DNA of 64,000 nucleotides. Origin: Alphaproteobacteria bacterium. GTDB taxonomy: Bacteria > Pseudomonadota > Alphaproteobacteria > SPJN01. The position numbers were made by a program, and so were the translations under genes. How positions within the stretch are numbered: the stretch's first letter is position 1; each line of letters starts with the position of its first letter. The notes below the pieces were generated by a model, which saw only the letters and a program-made list of their open reading frames with translations, searched no databases and was not told the origin of the DNA. Where the stretch lies: contig CBDDFN010000020.1 of the NCBI GenBank assembly GCA_965227065.1, forward strand, positions 411,471 through 475,470, written 5' to 3'. Shown here piece by piece: positions 9,916-20,020 of the stretch.

Positions 9916-10334
9916 CTTTGATCCAGCGCGTCGAGCACCGCTTCAAACGGCAAGTCGATACAGGCATGGCGCGCGGTGTGGGGGCGCACGCCGGCAAAGA
10001 TGCGATATTCGCCCGCAGCGTCGGGAACGGCTGCGGCTTCATCATCTTTGAGCATGGCTGAAACCGTACCGCGCAATTGGGTGACGTCCGCCTTTGTCTG
10101 GCCAAGCATGGTGGCACTCAGCATCGAGGCGGACGCCTGACAAAGCACGCAGGCCTCGCACTCATGGGCGATTTCGGTGATCGCGCCGTCCGCTACTTTG
10201 AGATCGACGGTAATGCGGTCGCCGCACAGCGGATTGTCGATGGTCGCGGTCGCGTCCGGGTCATCCAGCCGGCCAGCATGATCAACCGTGGCCGCCCAGC
10301 GCAACAGATCTTTTTGATAAAGATTAAGGCTCAT
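9912..10334 (-). CDS. sufU: SufU/NifU-N family Fe-S scaffold / sulfur-acceptor protein
   Basis: NPLCGD, CEACVLCQAS, RHAC; ATGA overlap with the cysteine desulfurase gene. Confidence 0.8.
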   Translation of the reverse strand: MSLNLYQKDLLRWAATVDHAGRLDDPDATATIDNPLCGDRITVDLKVADGAITEIAHECEACVLCQASASMLSATMLGQTKADVTQLRGTVSAMLKDDEAAAVPDAAGEYRIFAGVRPHTARHACIDLPFEAVLDALDQS

Positions 10335-11572
10335 TTTCGTCCCAACAGATCAAACACGCGATCTATGCCGGTCAAGGCGCGCTCAACATCCTCACCCGTA
10401 TTATAAGGTGCGAAACTGGCACGCACAGTGCCTTGAACACCCCAATGGGTCATCAAAGGCTGTGCACAATGATGTCCGCCGCGCATAGCAACGCCGCTGC
10501 TATCAAGGATCTGGCAAACATCGTGGGGATGAATGCCCGGCGTCGCAAAGGCGGTAATCCCCACCCGGTCAGGTCCATAAAGAGCCGGGGTGAACAAGCT
10601 CACGCGATTGTCGAACCGCTCTTTCAGGCCCAGCGCAAACTGTTCCGCCAGCCCGCGTGTATGGTTTTCGGCCCCCGCCATGTCTGTGTCCGCCACAAAG
10701 CGCATGGCTTCCCTCAACCCCACAGCCTGGGTGATCGGCGGGGTGCCCGCTTCAAACCGGTGGGGCGGGTCGGCATAGACAGAACGCTCAAAGGCCACTG
10801 TACGGATCATCTCTCCGCCGCTTTTGGCGGGCGGCAAATCAGCCAGAATGTCAGCCTTGCCCCACAAGATGCCCACGCCCGTGGGGCCAAACAGCTTGTG
10901 GCCCGACAGGGCGTAGAAGTCTGCGCCGAGTGCTGCCATGTCGAGCGGGCCATGCGGCGCGCCTTGTGCGCCATCGACAAGGATCAGCGCATCAGGGGCT
11001 GCGCGGCGCAGCGCCGGGGCCAAAGTTTCCAGCGGGGTGATATAGCCCGTCACATTGGAGACATGGGCAAGCGCGACAAGTTTCGTTCTGGGGCCAACCG
11101 CCTGAACCGCTTGCGCCTCTTCGATCCGGCCATGGGCATCAAGGGCCAGGGGGACCAACTTTGCCCCGCAGCGTTCGGCCAACAACTGCCAGGGAACCAG
11201 ATTGGAATGATGCTCAGCCAGGCTGACGGCGATCTCATCGCCGGGGCCAATCCGGCCAGTGAGCGCCCATGCCACCAGATTGATGCCGTCGGTGGCGCCA
11301 GACGTAAAAATGATTTCGTCGGGCTGTGCCGACAGATAATGCGCCGCTTCAATGCGGGCGGCGTCAAAGGACTGGGTGGCGGCTTCGGCAAGCCGGTGGA
11401 CGGAGCGTTTGACATTGGCCCGCGCGCTGCGCTCATGGGTGGCCATGGCGTCGATGACGCAGCCCGGCACTTGTGCACTGGCGGCATTGTCGAGATAGGC
11501 GAGCGGTTCGTCCCCGGCAAATATGGGGAAGTGCGCGCGCCAGTCGTGAGGATCAAAGCTCATATCGGACAT
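10331..11572 (-). CDS. sufS: Group II cysteine desulfurase (SufS/CsdA)
   Basis: YLDNAAS, EHHSN, SGHKLFGPTG, FEAGTP, RGGHHCAQP. Confidence 0.9.
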   Translation of the reverse strand: MSDMSFDPHDWRAHFPIFAGDEPLAYLDNAASAQVPGCVIDAMATHERSARANVKRSVHRLAEAATQSFDAARIEAAHYLSAQPDEIIFTSGATDGINLVAWALTGRIGPGDEIAVSLAEHHSNLVPWQLLAERCGAKLVPLALDAHGRIEEAQAVQAVGPRTKLVALAHVSNVTGYITPLETLAPALRRAAPDALILVDGAQGAPHGPLDMAALGADFYALSGHKLFGPTGVGILWGKADILADLPPAKSGGEMIRTVAFERSVYADPPHRFEAGTPPITQAVGLREAMRFVADTDMAGAENHTRGLAEQFALGLKERFDNRVSLFTPALYGPDRVGITAFATPGIHPHDVCQILDSSGVAMRGGHHCAQPLMTHWGVQGTVRASFAPYNTGEDVERALTGIDRVFDLLGRK

Positions 11573-11601
11573 ATGGGGGCCAGATGGCCCCCGCCGCAAG
11601 A

Positions 11602-13305
11602 TCAGATGAAGTAAAAGATCATCATCACGCCCAGCATGATGGCAACCCACAGCACCATGGTTCCGGTCTGCCAGCGCCGCGCCATCATCCCCTGCGGTCC
11701 ATGACTGTGATAGAGCCGCTCAATGCTCTTGCCGATGCCGCCACCGATCAGCGCGCGGGCATTGGTGTTCACTTCGCGGACACCTTCGGCAATCTCGTGC
11801 CACATGGCGGGCAGCAAGCGGCGATAGACCCAGTCAAAGTCGAGATTGATCGACCGCACCTCGGGCGGATAAAGCCCAGTCACCATCAGCACGATGAAGG
11901 CAAGCACCGCAAACATCAAAAGCTGCATCTGGCTGACAACATGGTCGGCCGTATAGGGGTGATAACCCGCATCAAAAGGCAGAATTTGATAGAGCGCGTC
12001 GGGATAGACGCCGATGCCGATACACAAGGCCGCCGTGATGGCCATGGCGAGCAGCATGTTCCACGGCGCTTCCTTGGGCCGCTTGCCCGAATCATGGGCG
12101 AAGAAGGCAAAGAACGGGATTTTGATGCCCGAATGCTCAAGCACACCAGCCGATGCAAACACCAAAATGCCCCAGACGATCACATGATGCTCTTGCGCGA
12201 CGGCTGTGAGGATCATGGATTTGGTGACAAAACCGGAGAATAGCGGGAAGGCCGAAATCGACATGGCCCCGATGATCGTGAAGATCGTGGTGTAGGGCAT
12301 GGATTTGTAGAGCCCGCCCAGTTCGGTCGCTTTGGTGGTGCCGACCCGGTACAAAACCGCGCCCATGCCCATGAACAGAAGGGCTTTATAAAGGATATGC
12401 GCAAAGGCGTGGCTGGCCGCGCCATTGAGCGCAAGCGCTGAGCCGACGCCGACGCCCACCACCATGAAGCCCAACTGGTTGTTGAGCGAATAGGCAAGCA
12501 CCTTGCGCAGATCATTTTCAATCACTGCGAAGAAGACCGGGAAGGCGGTCATGGCCGCGCCAATATAGATCAGCGGTTCAAACCCGGCATAGCCGCGCGC
12601 CAGCGAATAGACCGCAAGCTTGGTGGTGAAGGCCGACAGGATGACCGTGCCGGTGGCGGTCGCCTCGGGATAGGCGTCTTGCAGCCAATTGTGCAGGAAA
12701 GGGAAGGCGCATTTGATGCCGAAGGCGAGCAGGATGAGGGCTGAGCCCATGGTCAGATCATCCAGGGTTTTGACGCCAAAACTGTCAAAGGCAATCGAGC
12801 CTGTGGCGTGATAGTGCGCGACCAGACCGGCCAGCAGCAAAACACCTGATCCCACCTGAATGATCAGATAGCGGATGCCGACCGTCATGGCGCGTTCGGT
12901 GCGCCGCGCCCAGATCAAGAAGACCGAGGTAATCGCGGTCAGCTCCCAGAACACAAACAGGGTGACGAGATCACCGGCAAAGGCGGCGGCAATGCCTGCC
13001 CCGGCATACATGAGGGCTGAGACCTGCTGCATCACATCCTTGACGTGAAGCGCAAACAAAACGCCCAGAAAGGCTGCCAAATGAAAGATAAGGCCGAAAA
13101 TGAAGCTCAGCTTGTCGAGCCGCATGGTCTCAAGCGTCAGGCCGAAAAATTCGATCTGGCCATACACACCATGGTCAAGCTGGGTGAGGTAGGCGGCCGC
13201 CGCAACGGGCAGGGCCAGCATATAGATCTGGCGCAGGCGGAAGGGCAGCACCGGGACGAGCAGCGCGCCGACAATCAGGATCAGGCCAGGATTAATCGCG
13301 GTCAT
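11602..13305 (-). CDS. Mrp/Pha antiporter MrpD/MrpA-like subunit (NuoL/M/N family)
   Basis: Multi-TM; FWELT, KCAFPFLHNWLQDAYPEA, SAFTTK, HILYKALLF. Confidence 0.85.
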   Translation of the reverse strand: MTAINPGLILIVGALLVPVLPFRLRQIYMLALPVAAAAYLTQLDHGVYGQIEFFGLTLETMRLDKLSFIFGLIFHLAAFLGVLFALHVKDVMQQVSALMYAGAGIAAAFAGDLVTLFVFWELTAITSVFLIWARRTERAMTVGIRYLIIQVGSGVLLLAGLVAHYHATGSIAFDSFGVKTLDDLTMGSALILLAFGIKCAFPFLHNWLQDAYPEATATGTVILSAFTTKLAVYSLARGYAGFEPLIYIGAAMTAFPVFFAVIENDLRKVLAYSLNNQLGFMVVGVGVGSALALNGAASHAFAHILYKALLFMGMGAVLYRVGTTKATELGGLYKSMPYTTIFTIIGAMSISAFPLFSGFVTKSMILTAVAQEHHVIVWGILVFASAGVLEHSGIKIPFFAFFAHDSGKRPKEAPWNMLLAMAITAALCIGIGVYPDALYQILPFDAGYHPYTADHVVSQMQLLMFAVLAFIVLMVTGLYPPEVRSINLDFDWVYRRLLPAMWHEIAEGVREVNTNARALIGGGIGKSIERLYHSHGPQGMMARRWQTGTMVLWVAIMLGVMMIFYFI

Positions 13306-13549
13306 AATAATCCTCGTCGCGCATGATCAGCTTGCGCAATTGCTTGCCCAGCAAAACCAGGCCGAAAAAAGCGGCAAAACCCGCCAGGCCGTAGAACAGC
13401 GGGATATGGTCTTCGCCGAAATGGCCATGCCGGTGGATGAAAAACTCGGCGGCACCAAAGCCTGCGCAGATCGCCACCACCAGTGCGATCAGCGCGTTGA
13501 TGGTACTCTTCTTCTCAAAGAAGCCCGGCGTGTGATGAGGATCAGACAT
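13292..13549 (-). CDS. Small two-TM protein within the Mrp operon
   Basis: Two hydrophobic segments, C-terminal MRDEDYY; overlaps the next gene. Confidence 0.7.
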   Translation of the reverse strand: MSDPHHTPGFFEKKSTINALIALVVAICAGFGAAEFFIHRHGHFGEDHIPLFYGLAGFAAFFGLVLLGKQLRKLIMRDEDYYDRD

Positions 13550-13559
13550 GGGGCCTCCT

Positions 13560-15062
13560 TCAGGGCGCGATCACAGGTTGCAGGAACGCCGTAATATGAT
13601 CGGCGGTGAAAAACAGCACCAGCGTGCCAAGCGCGGTAAAGGACAGCGGCACCAGCATGAAGGCGGGCGCTTCCTTGATGCCCGCGCGGCTCATCCGGCT
13701 GACCTGGCCCGACACGCGATCTTCATCCGACCAGTCTTGCGGGGGTTTCATAAAGAAGCCGCGCGCGGGGATCGGCAACAGATAGGCGATGTTGAGCAGC
13801 GATGAGACGAGCAGCACGCCCATCAAAATGGCTTTGTCGGCCTCAACCGCGCCGAGCATCAGATAATATTTGGCCCAGCTTCCGCCCATGGGGGGCAGGC
13901 CAATGATTGACAGTGCGCCGATCAGGAAGGCGGCAAAGGTGATCGGCATTACCCGGCCAAGCCCGTCCATATCGGAAATTTCGGTCTTGTGGGCAGCGAC
14001 ATAGATCGCGCCCGCGCAGAAAAACAGGGTGATCTTGCCCATGGCGTGCATGGGGATTTGCAACGCCCCGCCCATGACACCGGCGGCTGAGGCGAGGGAC
14101 AGACCCAGCACCACATAGGCGAGTTGGCTGATGGTGGAATAGGCGAGCCGGGCTTTCAGATTGTCTTTGCTGATGGCGATCACCGAGGCCATGACCAGCG
14201 TGAAAGCGGCAATCCATTGCAGCCATGTGGTTGCGCCGGTTTCAGCGAGGAAATCAATGCCGAACACATAGATGCCGATTTTGAGCACACAGAACACACC
14301 GGCCTTCACCACCGCCACCGCGTGCAACAGGGCTGAAACCGGTGTCGGTGCCACCATGGCGTTGGGCAGCCAGCGGTGGAAGGGCATCAAGGCCGCCTTG
14401 CCGATGCCGAACATGTAAAGGGCAAGCAAAACGGGAACGAGGCCCACTTCAATCGTGTCGCGCAGAATGCCGCCTTGCGCAAACTGCATCGTCCCGGCGG
14501 CGTAATTGGTCCAGATGATGGCGGGCAGCAGCAGACAGATCGAGGTCAGCATCAAGATGCCGAGATAGACGCGGGCGCCGCGCTTGGCATCATCATTCTG
14601 CTTGTGGGCGACCAGCGGATAGGTCGACAGGGTCAACACTTCATAGGCGATGAAAAGGGTCAGCAGATTGCCCGCATAGGCCACGCCCAGCGCCCCGGCA
14701 ATGGCAATCGGGAAACACATGAAGAAGCGGGTCTGGTTCTTCTCCTTGTTGCCGCGCATATAGCCGATGGAATAGAGCGAATTGATAATCCACAGCCCGC
14801 TGGCCACCATGGCAAACAGCATGCCCAGCGGTTCAACGTCGAAGGCCAGTGCCATGCCGGGCATGACGTCGATCACATGCAGGCTGACCTCTTGCCCCGC
14901 ATTGATCATCTGCAAAACGCACAGCGTGATGCCGAACAGCGCAACGGCGGTGCCAAGCGTGACCGCCTCGCGCAGATTGGGGGCCTTGTCACACAGGCCG
15001 ATCAGAACGGTGGCACCGAGCGGCAGAACGAAACTGAGGGTGAGGGCAAGCTCAGGGGTCAT
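13560..15062 (-). CDS. mrpD: Mrp antiporter subunit D-like
   Basis: YEVLT, KAALMPFHRWLPNAMVAPTPVSALLH, LKARLAYST. Confidence 0.85.
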   Translation of the reverse strand: MTPELALTLSFVLPLGATVLIGLCDKAPNLREAVTLGTAVALFGITLCVLQMINAGQEVSLHVIDVMPGMALAFDVEPLGMLFAMVASGLWIINSLYSIGYMRGNKEKNQTRFFMCFPIAIAGALGVAYAGNLLTLFIAYEVLTLSTYPLVAHKQNDDAKRGARVYLGILMLTSICLLLPAIIWTNYAAGTMQFAQGGILRDTIEVGLVPVLLALYMFGIGKAALMPFHRWLPNAMVAPTPVSALLHAVAVVKAGVFCVLKIGIYVFGIDFLAETGATTWLQWIAAFTLVMASVIAISKDNLKARLAYSTISQLAYVVLGLSLASAAGVMGGALQIPMHAMGKITLFFCAGAIYVAAHKTEISDMDGLGRVMPITFAAFLIGALSIIGLPPMGGSWAKYYLMLGAVEADKAILMGVLLVSSLLNIAYLLPIPARGFFMKPPQDWSDEDRVSGQVSRMSRAGIKEAPAFMLVPLSFTALGTLVLFFTADHITAFLQPVIAP

Positions 15063-16633
15063 TGGGAACCCTCCCCGAAAAAGTCCATCATGCCGCTGCC
15101 CGCACCGCCCAGATCAACGCCGATCAGGCTTTGCGCGGCAAGGTCGGCGACCTCCACTGTGAAGGTGGCGTTGAGGCCAAAGGCGACATTGGCGATGACC
15201 AGCATGGCGGTCGGGATCAAAAGGCTGAGCGGTGCTTCCTGGCGGATGGCACCGGCCGGGGCGGGCTTGAGATAGGCCACCTCGATCAGACGCCAGACAT
15301 AGACGACCGCGAGCATGGAGCTGAGTACGATGAGGGCCGCGACCGGCCACCAGCCTTGTTCAATGGCGGCTTCAATCAGCACCCATTTGGAGATGAAACC
15401 AACCGTCAGCGGAACGCCGATCAGTGACAGGCCACCGGTGACGATCATCGCCATGGTCCAGGGCATGGTTTTGCCAAGGCCCGCCATCTTATCAAGGGTT
15501 GTGCCGCCCAGCCGGTAGGCGACCGCACCCAATGCAAGGAACAAGGCGCCTTTCATGAGCGCGTGATTGAACAGATGCAGCAATGTTGCCGTCAGACCCG
15601 TCGCGCTCATAAAGCTCAAGCCAAGCAGCATATAGCCGATCTGGGCAATCGAGCTGTAGGCGAGCAGGCGTTTGGCATTGACCTGCCAGATCGCCACAAT
15701 CGAGCCGGCAAACATGCCGATGACGCCAAGCGGCAACAGGAAATAAGTGAAGAAGTCGGCTTCGATGGAAAGCTCGACCCCGAACACAGTGAAGACGAAC
15801 CGCAGCAGCGCATAGACCGCGACCTTGGTGGCGGTGGCGGCGAGAAAGGCGGTCACGACCGAGGGCGCAAAGGCGTAGGCATTGGGCAGCCACAGATGCA
15901 GCGGGAACATGGCGAGCTTGAGCCCGAAGCCCACCGTGATGAACACAAAGGCGACGATGATCGTGCGCGTGCCGAAAATCTCGGGCAGCCGTTCGGCAAG
16001 GTCAGCCATATTGAGCGTGCCGGTCATCATATAGATGAGGCCAAGCCCGATCACATAGAAGGTCGCGCCGACCGTTCCCATAATCAGATAAGTGTAGGAC
16101 GCGGTGAGCGCCCTTCGGTCGCGCGAAGCCCCCATGGAAATCAGCACATAGGTCGACAGCGAGCTGATTTCGAGGAAGACGAACAGGTTAAAGGCGTCGC
16201 CGGTGATCGCAACGCCCATCAGGCCGGCCATGCACAGCAGCATGGCGGCGTAGAACAGGGGCTGTTGCTCTTTCTCGATCTCGCGATTGACGCTTTCATA
16301 GGCGTAGAGCGAAATCACCGCGCCGATGCCCGAGACGATCAGCAACACAAAGGCATTGACCATATCGACGCGGAATTCGATGCCGAAAGGCGGCTCCCAC
16401 CCGCCGAGCTGATAGGAGATCGGCCCATGGGCGGCAACCTCGCCAAGCAGCGTATAGGAGGCATAAAAGGCAAAGACGCTGGTCAGCACCATCAGCGCCC
16501 AGGCGACGATGCGGTTGTTCACAATCACCGCAAAGGGGGCGGCGATCAGCGGCACCATGATGGCAAGCGCGGGCAGATGCTCGGCCAGCACGAAACTGCC
16601 ATGCTGGACGATGTGATGTTCTTCACCGGTCAT
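15059..16633 (-). CDS. mrpD: Mrp antiporter subunit D
   Basis: DAFNLFVFLEI, KLAMFPLHLWLPNAY, KRLLAYSSIAQ, HALMKGALF. Confidence 0.9.
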   Translation of the reverse strand: MTGEEHHIVQHGSFVLAEHLPALAIMVPLIAAPFAVIVNNRIVAWALMVLTSVFAFYASYTLLGEVAAHGPISYQLGGWEPPFGIEFRVDMVNAFVLLIVSGIGAVISLYAYESVNREIEKEQQPLFYAAMLLCMAGLMGVAITGDAFNLFVFLEISSLSTYVLISMGASRDRRALTASYTYLIMGTVGATFYVIGLGLIYMMTGTLNMADLAERLPEIFGTRTIIVAFVFITVGFGLKLAMFPLHLWLPNAYAFAPSVVTAFLAATATKVAVYALLRFVFTVFGVELSIEADFFTYFLLPLGVIGMFAGSIVAIWQVNAKRLLAYSSIAQIGYMLLGLSFMSATGLTATLLHLFNHALMKGALFLALGAVAYRLGGTTLDKMAGLGKTMPWTMAMIVTGGLSLIGVPLTVGFISKWVLIEAAIEQGWWPVAALIVLSSMLAVVYVWRLIEVAYLKPAPAGAIRQEAPLSLLIPTAMLVIANVAFGLNATFTVEVADLAAQSLIGVDLGGAGSGMMDFFGEGSQ

Positions 16634-17052
16634 TGGGCATTCCCCGATGCGTTGAGGGCGGCATCCACGCGGGCCTCATCGTCCTGTTCAGCGGCATTGT
16701 CGGCGGCTTCGAGCTCATCTTCTTCGATCGTGCCATAGACTTCCTTGATGCGAACGACAAGCGCGAGCCCCAGGGCCGTGGTGGCGACGCCGACCACAAT
16801 CGCGGTCAGGATCAGCACATGGGGCAGGGGGTTTGAATAAGGCCGGTCGATCGTGTCGGCGAGGATGGGGGCGGTGCCGCCCTGGACCTTGGCGGCCGAG
16901 ATATAAAGCAGGAAGACCGAGGTTTGGAAAATGTTCAGACCAACGATCTTTTTGATCAGGTTGTCGCGGCTGACCACAATGTAAAGACCCGTCATCATCA
17001 GCACGACGACGATCCAGTAATTATAGTGGCTCCAGATCAGCTCAAGGCTCAT
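16630..17052 (-). CDS. mrpC: Mrp antiporter subunit C
   Basis: NLIKKIVGL, NPLPHVLILTAIVVG. Confidence 0.92.
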   Translation of the reverse strand: MSLELIWSHYNYWIVVVLMMTGLYIVVSRDNLIKKIVGLNIFQTSVFLLYISAAKVQGGTAPILADTIDRPYSNPLPHVLILTAIVVGVATTALGLALVVRIKEVYGTIEEDELEAADNAAEQDDEARVDAALNASGNAQ

Positions 17053-17486
17053 GGCGTGTCCTCCCCTTGCGGGGCCCGCCGGCCGGCGAAATGGTAGAAA
17101 ATGGCAATCATGGTGGCGGCCACCGTGACGCCGACGCCGAATTCAACGATCAAAATGCCGTAATGCTGGCCGTGATGGGGATCATGGGCGAGCACGTCAT
17201 AGTCGAGATAGACCGCGCCTTGCGCCAGTGAGTAAAAGCCCACAGCGGCGTATATGACAAACCCAAGCGCCATCAGTACGCGGATCACCGGAACCGGTGC
17301 CACGGCTTGGGCCGTGGAAAGCCCGAAGACCAGCGCATAAAGGACAAAGGCCGCCCCGATGATTACCCCGGCCTGAAAGCCGCCGCCGGGACCAAAATCG
17401 CCGTGGAACTGGACATAAAGGGCAAACAGGATGATCGGCGGCACCAGTAATTTGGTGGTCACGCGCAAGATCAGGTGATGTCTCAT
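17049..17486 (-). CDS. mrpB: Mrp antiporter subunit B
   Basis: HGDFGPGGGFQAG motif; ATGA overlaps. Confidence 0.9.
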   Translation of the reverse strand: MRHHLILRVTTKLLVPPIILFALYVQFHGDFGPGGGFQAGVIIGAAFVLYALVFGLSTAQAVAPVPVIRVLMALGFVIYAAVGFYSLAQGAVYLDYDVLAHDPHHGQHYGILIVEFGVGVTVAATMIAIFYHFAGRRAPQGEDTP

Positions 17487-18034
17487 GAGGCGCCTCCGCC
17501 CGATTTGCGGCGCCGCCGCCAATTGGCAAGCAGCAGCATGACGCCGACACCGGCGGTGAAGATCACCCCTGTTTCACCCAGCGTATCAAAGCCCCGATAG
17601 GAGGCGAGCACCGAGGTCACCACATTGGGCAGGCCGATTTCAGTACCTGACCCTTCAAGGTACCGGGGCGCGACATGCAGATTGGCGGGTGCTTCAGGAT
17701 CGCCGAAGGCGGGCAGGTCAAATGTGCCGTAGATAAGCGCCGCGCCGGTGACGACGACGACAAACAAGGGCAGCCACTGTGTATGGTGCGGGACTTTTTC
17801 TGTCGTCGTGGTCAGCGCCAGCGTTCCCAGCATCAAGACGGTTGAAATGCCTGCCCCAACGGCGGCTTCGGTAAAGGCAACGTCCACCGCATCAAGCGCG
17901 ACGAAGAATGCGGCGGAGACGAGTGAGTAAACACCCGCCAACATCACCACGGCAAACAGGTTGCGCAGCCGGGCGATGCCAAAGGCGGTCAGCGCCAGAA
18001 TGGCGAGAAGGACGATATTGATCAGCTCTTCCAT
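17483..18034 (-). CDS. MrpB-related / DUF4040 subunit (MrpA C-terminal-like part)
   Basis: AVDVAFTEAAVGAG, NVVTSVLASYRGFDTLGE. Confidence 0.85.
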   Translation of the reverse strand: MEELINIVLLAILALTAFGIARLRNLFAVVMLAGVYSLVSAAFFVALDAVDVAFTEAAVGAGISTVLMLGTLALTTTTEKVPHHTQWLPLFVVVVTGAALIYGTFDLPAFGDPEAPANLHVAPRYLEGSGTEIGLPNVVTSVLASYRGFDTLGETGVIFTAGVGVMLLLANWRRRRKSGGGAS

Positions 18035-18037
18035 CGA

Positions 18038-18418
18038 TCACGCCGCCCTTTCATCATCGCTGCCCGGATCAACGCCGAAGCGGCGCGCGCTTTCGGCATT
18101 GAGCCGGTTGTAAGCCAGTTGCGGGCGATGGCCCGACATGAGGGCCGACTGGGTCAGCGCATGGCTTGCCACAGGGCTGGTGAACCACATGAAAGCGAGG
18201 ATCAGGCCGAGTTTGACGAGCGTGATCCAGCTCAACGGGTCCACCGAATGGCACGCCAGTCCCGCCAGAATGCAGAAGGTCCCCAGCGTATCGGTGATCG
18301 AGGCGGCATGAACCCGCGTGTATACATCAGGCAGGCGCAACACGCCGATGCCACCCACCAGAAGGAAGAAAATCCCGACGACGAGCAGCCCGTCGCCGAC
18401 CCACTCAATCCATGCCAT
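18038..18418 (-). CDS. mrpG: Mrp antiporter subunit G
   Basis: RLPDVYTRVHA...DTLG, TSPVASHAL. Confidence 0.92.
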   Translation of the reverse strand: MAWIEWVGDGLLVVGIFFLLVGGIGVLRLPDVYTRVHAASITDTLGTFCILAGLACHSVDPLSWITLVKLGLILAFMWFTSPVASHALTQSALMSGHRPQLAYNRLNAESARRFGVDPGSDDERAA

Positions 18419-18719
18419 GACGCAACTCCTCTTCCCGGTCGGCCGGATCGGCAAAGCTGCGATAGCGGAAAAAGCGCAGGATCGCGATCGTGCCGATAAA
18501 GTTGATCAGCGCATAGGCAAGCGCAATGTCGAGAAAATCGGGCCGCTCGGTCACATAGCCGATGACCGCAATCAGCAACACGGTCTTGGTGCCGAACATG
18601 TTGACCGCCAATACCCGGTCAAACAGGCTTGGGCCGACCAGAAGACGGATGAGGGCCAGCCCCATCGTCACCAGCAAGGCCAGCGCAGCAGCGCCAAACA
18701 TGGAGATCATGCCATCCAT
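18405..18719 (-). CDS. mrpF: Mrp antiporter subunit F
   Basis: GPSLFDRVLAVN, DIALAYALINF. Confidence 0.92.
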   Translation of the reverse strand: MDGMISMFGAAALALLVTMGLALIRLLVGPSLFDRVLAVNMFGTKTVLLIAVIGYVTERPDFLDIALAYALINFIGTIAILRFFRYRSFADPADREEELRHGMD

Positions 18720-19198
18720 TACGGGTGAACCTCCGTTTGGGTTACCTTGGCGTCCATGCCGCCCTCTTCGAGATCCTTGGCGGCGGGCAGCGACAGCGCA
18801 TGCACCAGAATTTCATCATCCATCAAATCGATGGAGACCGTGCCGGGCGTCAGCGTGATCGAATTGGCGTAGAGCACCTGACCGATTTCGGTCTCCTGGC
18901 TGGTCTTGACCACAAACAGAGTGGGCGAAATATCAAGCGAGGGCGACAAGACCCGCTTGGTCACATCCCAGTTCGCCTTGACGATTTCCCAGAACAGCCA
19001 GGGCCAGTACAGCAGGATGCGGAAGGTAAGGTGAACTGGCGCGCCTTCATGGTCGACCACATCCATGCGGTGCGCGAGATAGACCACGAACAGCACCGAC
19101 AAGGCGCCAAACGTCAACAGCAGCCCATTGTCGAAATAGCCCGACAAAACGAGCCACAAGCCGCTCAAAAATAATCCCAGTGATAGTGTGTGCGCCAC
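18719..19198 (-). CDS. mrpE: Mrp antiporter subunit E
   Basis: LWLVLSG, ANSITLTPGT, VHAL; GTG start inferred. Confidence 0.9.
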   Translation of the reverse strand: MAHTLSLGLFLSGLWLVLSGYFDNGLLLTFGALSVLFVVYLAHRMDVVDHEGAPVHLTFRILLYWPWLFWEIVKANWDVTKRVLSPSLDISPTLFVVKTSQETEIGQVLYANSITLTPGTVSIDLMDDEILVHALSLPAAKDLEEGGMDAKVTQTEVHP

Positions 19199-19401
19199 GC
19201 ACCCGCCCCCGTCGGCAAACAAGACCCAGACCCGTCTCCCGCATGCGCGGAATCAGTGAAGCGCCTTTGTACACAACCACTTTCCCGACGCCAAGCCCTG
19301 TTGGGACACCGCCCAATTCAGACACTATTCGGGTTAAGTTTGAGGGTCTTTTCGATGACAGTGTGTCATGGTAACGTTCCCGTCATGGGGAGGACTAAGG
19401 C

Positions 19402-19986
19402 ATGGCCGCCAATCTGTCTCATAATGAACAAGGCCAGGCCGGGGGACAACCAATTGACGAAGAGCCGCTCGATCAACAACATATACGCGGCGCAGTGAAA
19501 TGGTTTGATCCCGTCAAAGGGTATGGCTTTATCGTGCCGGAAAACGGCATGCCCGATGTGCTGTTGCATATGTCATGTTTGCGGCAATCGGGCCATCGCG
19601 CGACTTATGAAGGCGCCACCATCGAAGTGATGGCCGTCAAACGGCCCAAAGGCTATCAGGCGCTGAAAGTGCTTGAGCTTGATAATTCGACGGCGGTTCC
19701 CGCAGCGCTTGAAAACGGGGGAGGACACGCGCATGAGCCGCATCCTTCCGCCAAACGGATGGACGTCGATGATGCCGGGGATTTTGAACCGGCCGTCGTG
19801 AAATGGTTCAACCGGGTCAAGGGCTACGGGTTTGTCAACAAGGCGCCCGGCGACCCCGACATTTTCATTCACATGGAAACCTTGCGCCAGGCGGGGCTGC
19901 AATCGCTGGAACCGGGCCAGGAGATCGAGGTGCGCATCGGGAAGGGCCCCAAGGGTCTTCAGGTTGCCGCCATCCGTCTCGTCTAG
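19402..19986 (+). CDS. Tandem cold-shock domain protein
   Basis: Two VKWF..KGYGF / D.F.H motifs; GGAGG RBS. Confidence 0.9.
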   Translation: MAANLSHNEQGQAGGQPIDEEPLDQQHIRGAVKWFDPVKGYGFIVPENGMPDVLLHMSCLRQSGHRATYEGATIEVMAVKRPKGYQALKVLELDNSTAVPAALENGGGHAHEPHPSAKRMDVDDAGDFEPAVVKWFNRVKGYGFVNKAPGDPDIFIHMETLRQAGLQSLEPGQEIEVRIGKGPKGLQVAAIRLV

Positions 19987-20020
19987 CCCTGCGCGGGGAT
20001 TGTCGTGTAAGACAGACGCC

